A stretch of DNA of 64,000 nt from a virus, in the IMG/VR virus record IMGVR_UViG_3300030107_007542, positions 32,001-96,000 of that record. One strand, 5' to 3'. Each line of letters opens with the position of its first letter. Within the stretch, counting starts at the first letter, position 1. The notes under the pieces were generated by a model. It was not told where the DNA came from and made no database searches. It worked only from the letters and a program-made list of their open reading frames with translations. The position numbers were made by a program, and so were the translations under genes. Positions 1 through 8,092 of the stretch are shown one piece after another.

Positions 1-624
1 CGCATAGGAAAGACCAACGACTTCATTCTCAAACTGGCGCGCAGCGCCGGTGGCCTTCACAAACGAGGCGCGGGCTTTGTCCATATTGACTGCCATCATA
101 ACTGAGGCTTCGATCACCTTCGTCATGAATGAAATAAGAAGTTTAAATGGGTTTAAGAGCCCCGCCAGGCCCTTACCAAAAGCCTTCCAGCCATCGGTGG
201 TACCCAACAGCTTCTTAGTGAAGGTGCCCAAATTGCCACTGATCCCCATAAGGGTGTTGGCAAAAGCTTCGCCGTCTTTATTTAATTCTTCCAGAGCCCT
301 TTCATGCTCCTGAATGGACTTAACGGCCTTTTCCTCTTCCTCAGTTTTGAGCTTGAGAAACTTAATCTGGTCGCGAAGAGTTAAAAGATGCTTTTTTTGA
401 TCTTCATCGAGATCATTGCTTCTTTCCTGCTGTCTCTCAAGAAGTCTTTCTTCTTTTTCAAGTTTGGCGATTAGATCTTGTTTTGACTCAATAGCCTTTT
501 TATAATGGGCAGTTTGCTTATCTTCCATTTCGGCCATAAGATCTTTGGCCTGCTGTAACAGCTTAATCTTTTGCTGAAGCTCTGGGCTGCTAGGTAATAC
601 TTGATGTTCGGGTTTATCGGCCAT
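1..624 (-). CDS. Tape measure protein, N-terminal part (runs off the window start; not in the ORF track)
   Basis: ATG at 624 opens a stop-free frame to position 1 (MADKPEHQVLPSS...KLLQQAKDLMAEMEDK...LGTFTKKLLG...GALKPFKLLISFMTKVIEASVMMAVNMDKARASFVKATGA...). It is helical/coiled-coil then amphipathic, and lies downstream of sheath, tube and chaperone. Confidence 0.75.
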   Translation of the reverse strand, partial: MADKPEHQVLPSSPELQQKIKLLQQAKDLMAEMEDKQTAHYKKAIESKQDLIAKLEKEERLLERQQERSNDLDEDQKKHLLTLRDQIKFLKLKTEEEEKAVKSIQEHERALEELNKDGEAFANTLMGISGNLGTFTKKLLGTTDGWKAFGKGLAGLLNPFKLLISFMTKVIEASVMMAVNMDKARASFVKATGAARQFENEVVGLSYA

Positions 625-635
625 AATAAGTTACT

Positions 636-959
636 CTAGCTCGTATACGGCCATCGCAACCCAGTCTCGCGTTCGAACTTAGAAACCGCACTGTTTAATT
701 TAGCCCGATTGGAAAGGGTACGCTCATCATTAAGACCGTGTTTTAGATAAGCATCCATATATCGCTTTTCGCGGCCTAGGGCATTTGTGAAGGCCGACAC
801 TTGAAGGGGAGTACCACGAATTTTAGCGGGCGCAGAGGTTCCATTAAACATATACTTTAACAGTAACTTTGTCAATCCCCCAAACGTAACCAAAAAGCTT
901 TCGTCTATTTCGGCGGGATCAACATTTAAGTTAATTTCAATTGGAACCAAGTCATTCAT
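636..959 (-). CDS. Hypothetical protein (107 aa from the likely start MNDLVPIE)
   Basis: Part of ORF 636..992. ATG at 959 follows a purine-rich SD and a promoter-like motif at 975-984. No recognisable domain. Confidence 0.7.
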   Translation of the reverse strand: MNDLVPIEINLNVDPAEIDESFLVTFGGLTKLLLKYMFNGTSAPAKIRGTPLQVSAFTNALGREKRYMDAYLKHGLNDERTLSNRAKLNSAVSKFERETGLRWPYTS

Positions 960-974
960 GATAAACCCTCTTCT

Positions 975-984
975 AATAAATAGT
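975..984 (-). promoter_or_regulatory. Putative late promoter motif ACTATTTATT
   Basis: Lies between a terminator hairpin (991-1026) and the start at 959. The same motif recurs upstream of many structural genes. Confidence 0.6.
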
Positions 985-990
985 TTAAAC

Positions 991-1026
991 AAGAAAAGCC
1001 GCGCATTATTTGCTACGGCTTTTCTT
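991..1026 (-). terminator. Intrinsic terminator-like hairpin
   Basis: 11-bp inverted repeat AAGAAAAGCCG...CGGCTTTTCTT, with a U-rich 3' arm on the minus strand, overlapping the end of the gp51-like ORF. Confidence 0.7.
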
Positions 1027-1200
1027 TGAGTTGTTTTCTGACTCTTTAGCCTGGTCTTCGAACTCTTTAACTAGTCGGTCAAGAAACCATCGTCTTAATT
1101 GAACCGGAAGATTGTATAATTCAAAAAAAGACCATCCACCGTGATGTTTTAAAACGAAGAATTCTTCATAAATGTGACGTTGGTACTCACTCGTCAGGCC
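1006..1200 (-). CDS. gp51-like (T-equivalent) C-terminal extension of the tail assembly chaperone, probably expressed by frameshift
   Basis: Start-less 64-codon frame GLTSEYQRHIYEEFFVLKHHGGWSFFELYNLPVQLRRWFLDRL... resembles the T4 gp51/GT-type L-x-H-x-x-W-S-x-x-E-x-x-N-L-P...R-W pattern. There is no in-frame ATG and an in-frame TAA lies just before the U7 run. Confidence 0.7.
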   Translation of the reverse strand, partial: GLTSEYQRHIYEEFFVLKHHGGWSFFELYNLPVQLRRWFLDRLVKEFEDQAKESENNSKKSRSK

Positions 1201-2047
1201 AAAAAAAGTCGGCCGTTAAGGGCACTGGAATCCTCCCATCATGATCACACTCAGGGCATGTAAAGTCCTGATTAAGATCAACATTTGGCATCACTGCTTC
1301 ATATGCCGCGCGGATTTCACGAGAGGCTCGTGTAGGACAAGCATCAATAAACTGAGAAATCAGAGAGCTTTCCGTACGACCATCTACGGCCGTAATAATA
1401 AGTCTCAACTGATCTGTAACATTGCTATCCGGAAGCTTGAGCTTCTTCTTTTTGTCCTTCTTTTCTGTCCAACGCTGCTCGTCAGCACCCGTTAACAACT
1501 TAAGTTGTACCGCAAAGTCAATTGAGTCAAGTGTAACGTTAAAAGTGCCGTTTTCATTTAGAGACACATTTGTCGGAAGAGTTGCGTGATCCACAAGTTC
1601 TAACTCATCGAGGCGAAAAGAGTGGTCAACCGTCTGTCCACATGCAGGACATCCAATCTGCGTCCCATAGTGGGGGCCAAAGCCAGTAATTCGAGACGCG
1701 ACGATGAGTGCGTTCTTATCCCCAATTAACAAGTCGGTCACCTTGACCTCAGGATCAACCAAAACCGACTGAAGCATGCGATCCACCGCGAGGCCTCGAC
1801 GTAAAAGTGCCTCAGATGTAAGGATATCCTCTTCTTTGGCTGTCATGTGTCGGATTTCCACCACTTCTGCCTGATGCAGAGGATGACTTTCCCCATAAAA
1901 CTGCCCCTTACTGGGGAGTTCCACAAACTCAGTTGGAGTTACAAAGGAGAACTCAGAGGTCCCACCCTGAGTAGGTGCCGGACTACCTTGATCCGGCACG
2001 ACTGGCTTGGCGCCGAGCGCTCGTTCCAGGTTATTTCGTTGTGACAT
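1187..2047 (-). CDS. T4 gp26-like baseplate hub / tail assembly chaperone
   Basis: Contains TEFVELPSKG..Y, IRHMTAKEEDIL and LLIGDKNAL...RITGFG, two CxxC pairs (CPAC, CPEC) and the terminal ADFFW. It sits directly after the tail tube gene. Confidence 0.75.
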   Translation of the reverse strand: MSQRNNLERALGAKPVVPDQGSPAPTQGGTSEFSFVTPTEFVELPSKGQFYGESHPLHQAEVVEIRHMTAKEEDILTSEALLRRGLAVDRMLQSVLVDPEVKVTDLLIGDKNALIVASRITGFGPHYGTQIGCPACGQTVDHSFRLDELELVDHATLPTNVSLNENGTFNVTLDSIDFAVQLKLLTGADEQRWTEKKDKKKKLKLPDSNVTDQLRLIITAVDGRTESSLISQFIDACPTRASREIRAAYEAVMPNVDLNQDFTCPECDHDGRIPVPLTADFFWPDE

Positions 2048-2069
2048 TCATCACCTTCTTTCTTGTGAT

Positions 2070-2630
2070 TTAGGCGCCCCCGTAGCTTCCTTGCGCAACG
2101 GCGCCCTTCTTACTTTCATATGCTGCCCAATCATACCGCATTCCGATCTCAATATTAAGTAATTCGTCACCAGCATAATCTAAGTCGCCAAAACTAGCCG
2201 ACTTAATAAAGGCATTTTTGAGGGTCCACACCCCAACTTCATTGCCGTCACCGTCCAGTTCAGCAATCTTCACCTCACCCAGTGCATCCAGGCTGTCTTC
2301 CTTGTTCACAGTACCGGGGCGGTTCTGAATAGCCTCGCCCTGGACATTGGGGAAGAGATAACCCGACTGCTGGAGGGCTTCCAGAAGCAGGTTTTGTCCG
2401 TCGGGATCAATCGAGTTAACGATGGTGCAAGTCACCTCATTCCAAGTAACAGAACCGGGGTAATAATAGGTATTCCCCAAAAACCGGTGCTCGGTCTCAG
2501 AAACCTCAAAACCAGGCTTTGTAAAAGACTTGGCCAGATAGGGCACAAACCCATTTTGTCCTAAATCCATGTAAACCAAAAATCTATGTTGTCTTTTTGG
2601 CTCAGATGCTGCGTCGTTCCAAAATGCCAT
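2070..2630 (-). CDS. gp19: Tail tube protein (T4 gp19-like)
   Basis: 186 aa with RQHRF, YYYPGSVTWNEV and W.LKNAFIKSASFGDLDY...RYDWA, immediately after the sheath gene. Confidence 0.85.
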   Translation of the reverse strand: MAFWNDAASEPKRQHRFLVYMDLGQNGFVPYLAKSFTKPGFEVSETEHRFLGNTYYYPGSVTWNEVTCTIVNSIDPDGQNLLLEALQQSGYLFPNVQGEAIQNRPGTVNKEDSLDALGEVKIAELDGDGNEVGVWTLKNAFIKSASFGDLDYAGDELLNIEIGMRYDWAAYESKKGAVAQGSYGGA

Positions 2631-2698
2631 TTTATAAGTCTCCTATAAAGTCTGTATTAACTAGATTCCTTGACGGAAAAATCCTTTCTTTTATCATT

Positions 2699-5653
2699 TT
2701 AGTCATCGAAGGAAGCGCCCGTACGAGTGATGTTGAAATCGATAGCGATAAACTCAATTGCGCGAGTCGGCTTCAAGAAAATCTGTGCATACATAATGTT
2801 TCGATCCACAAGGTCCGGTGTCGTGGTGGTCTCGTCAAGCACCACCTTGAACTCACTCAGGCCAAATCGGGTCTGGATGCTAGCCAAGAAGGGGTTAACC
2901 TTACTGAGGAAGCGGTTCCAAGTTACCTTCACATTGGGATCAAAGAGAAGCTGAGCGGCAATCTGCGAGATGCGCTTCTTCACAAAGATCATGAGTCGTC
3001 GAACGTTAATGCGATCCAGTGCCGACTGAGTTACCTGGAGGGTCTTCTGTCCGAAGATCACAATTCCTTCAGCAGGGAACTTAGCAATCGGATTAATATT
3101 GGCCGCGTACAGGTCATCTCGATCGAGGCGTCGCAGCTGATGCGAAACATCCACAACCGGGATACCAGCAGCACCCTCAGTCAGGCCACCGCGGTTGAAG
3201 CCGGCGGGGGCGAACCACACATCCGTCTTACGCTGTGAGCTTGAGAAAGTACCAATTGCAGCAATAGAGGGCGGGAGCCACACAAAGCTACCATTAATGG
3301 TGTCTCGCGAGCGGACCCAAGGATAGAAAGCACAACCGTACGAGGAGTTAATAGCTCGATCGCGCAGGTTGTTAATCACTGTCTTGAGGCTGCTAGCCGT
3401 GTTATTTCGGGCTACTGCTGTGCCGTCCTCTCGGGGCTGGAATCCACCCTTAAGATCGATCACCGCCAGAGCATCGGCACGGTCCTCACAAATCCCCATC
3501 AAGTGAGTTGTGAGGCCTTCATGTGTAAGTCCAGGCATTGAGGCGAGGTTCATTTCGACGACCTCTGGATCGGTTAGGGAGTCCATTGCGCGCTTAATCG
3601 ACGCGAAGCTATAGCTCTTCTGGCCATTAATATCTGTAATGCCGTTCAAAAGACGACTGTTGAATGGATCCATCTCTTGAATGTCAAGTCCGTCGAATCC
3701 ACCATACAGTGGCACGGTAAATCGGTCAAAGCCCTGATCCAGGACTCCGGAAATTGCACCATACTCATTAGTAAGAGACGTACCGGCTGCATGCGAGCCC
3801 GAAAGCCACTTAACCATGCCCTTAGACCCGCTTGACGAGCCACTAAGGTCATCGAGCGTAAAATACATTGAGAGTTCGCGTACGTTGGTGGATGCGCCGG
3901 CAAACATATTGCCAACTATACCGCCGCGGGCCATCAACAGGTCAATTGTTGAGTCCTCGAAAGCGACGCCACCGGTTGTCCGGGTGGTTTGCATTCCGAA
4001 GTAAGCATCCGTAGGATTGGCAAGGTTACCAGATCCTGCGCAAACGCGGAATTCGGGTGCAGGGTAAAGGACAGAAGCCGTGAGGTGCGATCCACTCACC
4101 ACCAACACCGACTGGCCCTGGGCCTGGGTCATGTTGTTGAACACGGTACTAGCGGTGGCGAGGGAGCCAGTAAACCTACCGCGTGCAACGGTTGTTCCAC
4201 TCACCCAGTTTGCCGAAAGCGAACCAGTACCAATAACTGTTGCATCTGCATACTTGACAATGCCCTTAAATCCAAATGGAAGGATTGTTGCATCAACTGC
4301 ATAGTTTTCAACGTTGCTGGCCATTGCCACTCGAATATAATCGGAGCGATTATCGTAATTACCGGCAAGTCGATAGCGGCGCTCGGCTGCAACCCAAACT
4401 CGGTTCTTATCGCCAATGAGGCGCGCAACATAATTCAAGGAATCCGGGTTCAGACTGCAGTTTTCAAACTGCTCCACAATCTTGACCACATTATCACTAT
4501 CATCGAGCTTACGAACGACCACACTGAAGGTACCATACGCGTCGGACTCGTTACTAGACGCCTTAATATCCTGAATAGAGATCTTAAGGTTCTTGTTTGT
4601 CCAGGACCCGGGTTCGCCCAAAGCATGAACTGTAAACAGGGCCGGCAGCTGTTCAATGTCAAAGCCATTGCTGCTGCCGTTTCCGCGAGCAACTGTATCG
4701 CAACCAATGATTTGGGGCGTTTGAGCGGCCTGAAGGGGGTCCTCATGGTCTCGCCCAGCAAGGGTATTGGTGAGGCTGTACAGAGGAACAATTGCACCCC
4801 AGGTGGTACTTGCTGTGATGTTAGCCTTAATATGACGATCAAAGGTCTCACCCAACCAATAGTTATCAACCAGTTCAGTGACTGTGCTATTGGTCTTTTG
4901 GGGGTTTGTATTGAAGACTTTACGGATATACTTGGAGTCAGCGCGATTAAAGTTACACGAAGATGTTAGAGCCTGAGAGCCAGAGGCATTTGAAATAACT
5001 ACCTTAAACTCATAAGGAACGCCTGTGTCTTTAACGATCAGAGACGACGCGCAGGAATTGTGCCCAGAAGAAGCCGCGGTCGCTCCCTTCGTGCTGAGCA
5101 TTGCACCCGAAAGCATCAGGTTAGTTGTGGCATCTGTTGTATAGAAAATCGCTCCGAGGGCGCCCTGCATGGAACCGGTGCCGCCATCTGTATAACTGCC
5201 GCTAGCGCCGGCCGGGCCCTTCCAGGCAGAACCACTTGCATACTGGGGCTCAAAAATTACGAGGCCCCAGGCCTTTCCAGCGGATGTCGCTCTCCAGCCG
5301 GCTTCTCCGCCGGCGGCGAGGTTGCCTTCGGCTTCGGTGCCGAGGAGACGAACATAAGTAAGAGGGGAGCTGTTTTTAAGATAAGCTTGTGCCGCATACG
5401 CACCATAAGTGGCAGCAGTAGTGTTCGCGCCGTTGCGCCACACATCTGAGCCTCCACGGCCCGGGGAAGGGGCACCGAAAACATTAACAAATTCTTCGAA
5501 CGAATTAACTGTTACGGGCCGCAATGCAGGGCCCTTTTCGGCTCGCCCGATAATAACGGGGCCAATTCCAGCAGGGGATGCAGGAATTTGGGAGCTATCG
5601 ATCTCATCGACAAAAACCCCCGGTGAAACAAATCTAAAGTTTTTAACTGACAT
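2699..5653 (-). CDS. gp18: Contractile tail sheath protein (T4 gp18-like) with large S/T/G-rich insertions
   Basis: N-terminal SPGVFVDEID...IIGRAEKGP and C-terminal DRDDLYAANINPI...GQKTLQ...SALDRINVRRL...FLKPTRAIEFIAIDF are typical sheath motifs. Confidence 0.95.
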   Translation of the reverse strand: MSVKNFRFVSPGVFVDEIDSSQIPASPAGIGPVIIGRAEKGPALRPVTVNSFEEFVNVFGAPSPGRGGSDVWRNGANTTAATYGAYAAQAYLKNSSPLTYVRLLGTEAEGNLAAGGEAGWRATSAGKAWGLVIFEPQYASGSAWKGPAGASGSYTDGGTGSMQGALGAIFYTTDATTNLMLSGAMLSTKGATAASSGHNSCASSLIVKDTGVPYEFKVVISNASGSQALTSSCNFNRADSKYIRKVFNTNPQKTNSTVTELVDNYWLGETFDRHIKANITASTTWGAIVPLYSLTNTLAGRDHEDPLQAAQTPQIIGCDTVARGNGSSNGFDIEQLPALFTVHALGEPGSWTNKNLKISIQDIKASSNESDAYGTFSVVVRKLDDSDNVVKIVEQFENCSLNPDSLNYVARLIGDKNRVWVAAERRYRLAGNYDNRSDYIRVAMASNVENYAVDATILPFGFKGIVKYADATVIGTGSLSANWVSGTTVARGRFTGSLATASTVFNNMTQAQGQSVLVVSGSHLTASVLYPAPEFRVCAGSGNLANPTDAYFGMQTTRTTGGVAFEDSTIDLLMARGGIVGNMFAGASTNVRELSMYFTLDDLSGSSSGSKGMVKWLSGSHAAGTSLTNEYGAISGVLDQGFDRFTVPLYGGFDGLDIQEMDPFNSRLLNGITDINGQKSYSFASIKRAMDSLTDPEVVEMNLASMPGLTHEGLTTHLMGICEDRADALAVIDLKGGFQPREDGTAVARNNTASSLKTVINNLRDRAINSSYGCAFYPWVRSRDTINGSFVWLPPSIAAIGTFSSSQRKTDVWFAPAGFNRGGLTEGAAGIPVVDVSHQLRRLDRDDLYAANINPIAKFPAEGIVIFGQKTLQVTQSALDRINVRRLMIFVKKRISQIAAQLLFDPNVKVTWNRFLSKVNPFLASIQTRFGLSEFKVVLDETTTTPDLVDRNIMYAQIFLKPTRAIEFIAIDFNITRTGASFDD

Positions 5654-5684
5654 TAGTGTAGCTCTCCTAAGACTGAACGGTCTT

Positions 5685-5694
5685 ATTAAATAGT
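5685..5694 (-). promoter_or_regulatory. Putative late promoter motif ACTATTTAAT
   Basis: About 30 nt upstream of the sheath ATG and its AGGAG SD. Confidence 0.6.
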
Positions 5695-5762
5695 ATCTTA
5701 TCTCTGCAACAGACTTATTCTCTTTTTTTCAAAAACGATTTACCAAACTTAACAATACGCTG

Positions 5763-6722
5763 TTACGATTTTCTGTACCACCCTTGGGGGATGGTATCGG
5801 GAATGTCCCCAAAAATGGTGCGCTCGCGGCCGAACTTAAACTCGACGGCATTCTGTCTTTTTACGATGGCCGGGGGCTCTTGATTTTCGCCGGCGCCAAT
5901 CAAATATCCCAATACTTCTACACTAATGATGGTTTCGTAGTTACGTTGTTCCATGCCTATAGCCAACTGATTAGAGTTGTCGGCAAAATCGCCTGAAATG
6001 AACACTTCATAGGCATGACCGAGGGCCCGGATGCGCTTAGGGGTGCGTGAGTTGCCGGCAATTGTAAAAAATGGCCGCATCAATTCATTCATTTGTTGCT
6101 GATATTCCGTACGCAGAGCAATCTCATATCTAACAGTTACCCAGGTAGGAAGCGGAATTGTAATAGTATCATAGACTACTTTGGGTGGAGTCATGGCACG
6201 CTTACTGGCATTATAACGATGTGACCTGCTCCCGGGAAGTGGTCCATAAACCTTGTTAGCTAAAGCATTCTCGTACTCAGCTGTTTTTTTCTGATTGATG
6301 CTCCTGGCGACGGTTATTGTGCCGCCTTTGGGATCGGGCTCAGGGAAAATGTTGGCATAGGGGACGCCGCGGCGGTCTGGTTCCTTATTAACACCCGTAC
6401 GCGCCACGGTAATGAGAGGAAGCACAAGGGTCCCCTCTTTATCACGTAGTTCTTTATCGTCTTTTGTTTGAAAGGCGCGTTCGGCAGTAGTCCACAGAAC
6501 TGGCACCTTCTTAAATCCATCGTTACCATTAAGAGAAAGGTCTAATTCCACATCCACCAAGTTCCACATGGCCCGGTCAATGGTTTCAAGGCCCGATGGC
6601 TGAAAGGTTTGTTCCTCTAGCTTATTTTCAACCTCTTTATCGCCAACGTGAGCATACCTTTTCTCACGCGACTTTTCCTGAATCTGCTGTTGAGTTCTTT
6701 TGCTCCGTGTTGAGCGCGCCAT
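5763..6722 (-). CDS. Tail terminator / completion protein (T4 gp15-like)
   Basis: Contains LPLITVAR and IPLPTWVTVRYEIALRTEYQQQMNEL. It lies between the neck gene and the sheath. Confidence 0.6.
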   Translation of the reverse strand: MARSTRSKRTQQQIQEKSREKRYAHVGDKEVENKLEEQTFQPSGLETIDRAMWNLVDVELDLSLNGNDGFKKVPVLWTTAERAFQTKDDKELRDKEGTLVLPLITVARTGVNKEPDRRGVPYANIFPEPDPKGGTITVARSINQKKTAEYENALANKVYGPLPGSRSHRYNASKRAMTPPKVVYDTITIPLPTWVTVRYEIALRTEYQQQMNELMRPFFTIAGNSRTPKRIRALGHAYEVFISGDFADNSNQLAIGMEQRNYETIISVEVLGYLIGAGENQEPPAIVKRQNAVEFKFGRERTIFGDIPDTIPQGWYRKS

Positions 6723-6732
6723 GATATCCCCT

Positions 6733-8001
6733 CTAACCTACGTATATGCCGGCCGGCACATTTTGCAAAACCTTCTCCGCCGCATCCTGCATATTAGAGT
6801 CAGTAACTGCGAGTTTATCATATGTGACCTCATCCAGTAGGGCCTTAAGCTCATCACGTAAAGTCGTCTGCTCTTCTTTGGCCTGGGATAAAAGTTCTGA
6901 TGCATTCAAAGTGATGCTTTCACCAGGAATTGGAACCTGAGCAAACTTGCCTCGTACTTGACCCAGCATTTCTTTTGTCAACGCCAGTGCGAAACGTCGG
7001 ATCCATTGCTTCCCCATGGAGTTAATACTAGCATAAGGCAGGTTTTCAAAGGGTAACGTGTTAACATTATTAATTCCCTTGAGGCCTTGAGATCCGCGGC
7101 CGCTTTCCTCCCATGGTTCATATTGATTATCAATAGTAAACTGTACCCAGAACTTTTGAGGGCTCGATACAATGGGACATGGAAAAAGTCTTAGATTATT
7201 GTCTTTAATCTCATATGAATAGTGAGAAGTACGAGTCCATATAGCATCTTCGTACGCCATGGCTTGCAGTTTGTTCTGCCATACCGGAACAATATCAAAA
7301 GTTGAGTCGTCTGCGTATTGGCCATAGGTGCGCAAGTTGCCAACCACCGAGAAACCACCGTAGTAGCCATAAAACCTCCACATGGATCGAGGAGTCTTAT
7401 AAAATACTTTACGAATGGTTATGCGCTTGTCACCAACTTGGCCATAATAGGGCAGCGCCGTGTCCGCGGATGCGGAAGATGAGATCAACGTCTGCAAGTC
7501 ATAGTCTTGGCGCCCAGATTGAGCCGTGAAGGAGGCCGAATAAATAGGCGTCAGGCCTCCGAAGCCCGCCTCAGTGGACAACCCTTCCGAAATGCGCCTC
7601 ACATACCCATAATCGAAGCGCGGATAGCGCAATTCAATGCTCGATCCTGAAAGGCCATCACCCGCAGTAATTTGCCCATCTTGATTGAAGGATGCGGTCT
7701 GTGCTCCTAGGAGGTCAGAAAGCGAATTCTTGCTCTGATGTAAATTAACAATATACGAGTACTCTAAAACAGCCTCTTCATAGGCAGCATACACGTTGCC
7801 TTGGTTTAATTCAATGTCAAGAACGTCACCACCTAACTTTTTATAAGTATATGCGACCTGGTCCACTGCGCCGGACAAAAATGGTGCCGAATTAACATAA
7901 ACTCCAAAGGGAAGCGCCCCTGATACATTAACAATTGCCCCCGTAACTGGTAAAATATTAGTATTATTGGTGGAAATTGGGTTTAGATTAGGGATCGCCA
8001 T
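6733..8001 (-). CDS. Neck / head-tail adaptor (T4 gp13-like)
   Basis: Contains KKLGGDVLDIEL..., AYEEAVLEYS and the C-terminal WIRRFALALTKEMLGQVRGKF..VPIPG..ITLNASELLSQAKEE. It follows the MCP gene. Confidence 0.75.
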   Translation of the reverse strand: MAIPNLNPISTNNTNILPVTGAIVNVSGALPFGVYVNSAPFLSGAVDQVAYTYKKLGGDVLDIELNQGNVYAAYEEAVLEYSYIVNLHQSKNSLSDLLGAQTASFNQDGQITAGDGLSGSSIELRYPRFDYGYVRRISEGLSTEAGFGGLTPIYSASFTAQSGRQDYDLQTLISSSASADTALPYYGQVGDKRITIRKVFYKTPRSMWRFYGYYGGFSVVGNLRTYGQYADDSTFDIVPVWQNKLQAMAYEDAIWTRTSHYSYEIKDNNLRLFPCPIVSSPQKFWVQFTIDNQYEPWEESGRGSQGLKGINNVNTLPFENLPYASINSMGKQWIRRFALALTKEMLGQVRGKFAQVPIPGESITLNASELLSQAKEEQTTLRDELKALLDEVTYDKLAVTDSNMQDAAEKVLQNVPAGIYVG

Positions 8002-8024
8002 GAACAGTACCTCTTTTATTCACT

Positions 8025-8034
8025 ACTAAATAGA
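8025..8034 (-). promoter_or_regulatory. Putative late promoter motif TCTATTTAGT
   Basis: Abuts the MCP terminator, about 24 nt upstream of the neck gene ATG. Confidence 0.55.
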
Positions 8035-8063
8035 AAGCCCCGGCTCTTTCGAGCCGAGGCTTT
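8034..8063 (-). terminator. Intrinsic terminator after the major capsid gene
   Basis: Minus-strand AAAGCCUCGGCUC-GAAA-GAGCCGGGGCUUU: a 13-bp stem with one G-U pair and a GNRA loop, followed by a U-rich tract. Confidence 0.8.
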
Positions 8064-8092
8064 CATAAAAGTTGACCTAAGTCAGCTATTCG

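Noticed and set aside
1123-1129. Second T7 run inside the gp51-like ORF as another shift site
   Set aside because: The current frame continues with a coherent gp51-like pattern through it, so no shift is needed to explain the sequence.
3989-4969. 326-aa plus-strand ORF; also 2597..3238, 13157..13819, 13521..14054, 14517..15182, 62421..63044 and other track ORFs opposite real genes
   Set aside because: These are antisense shadows of well-supported minus-strand genes, with no SD or recognisable motifs, and are explained by codon bias.
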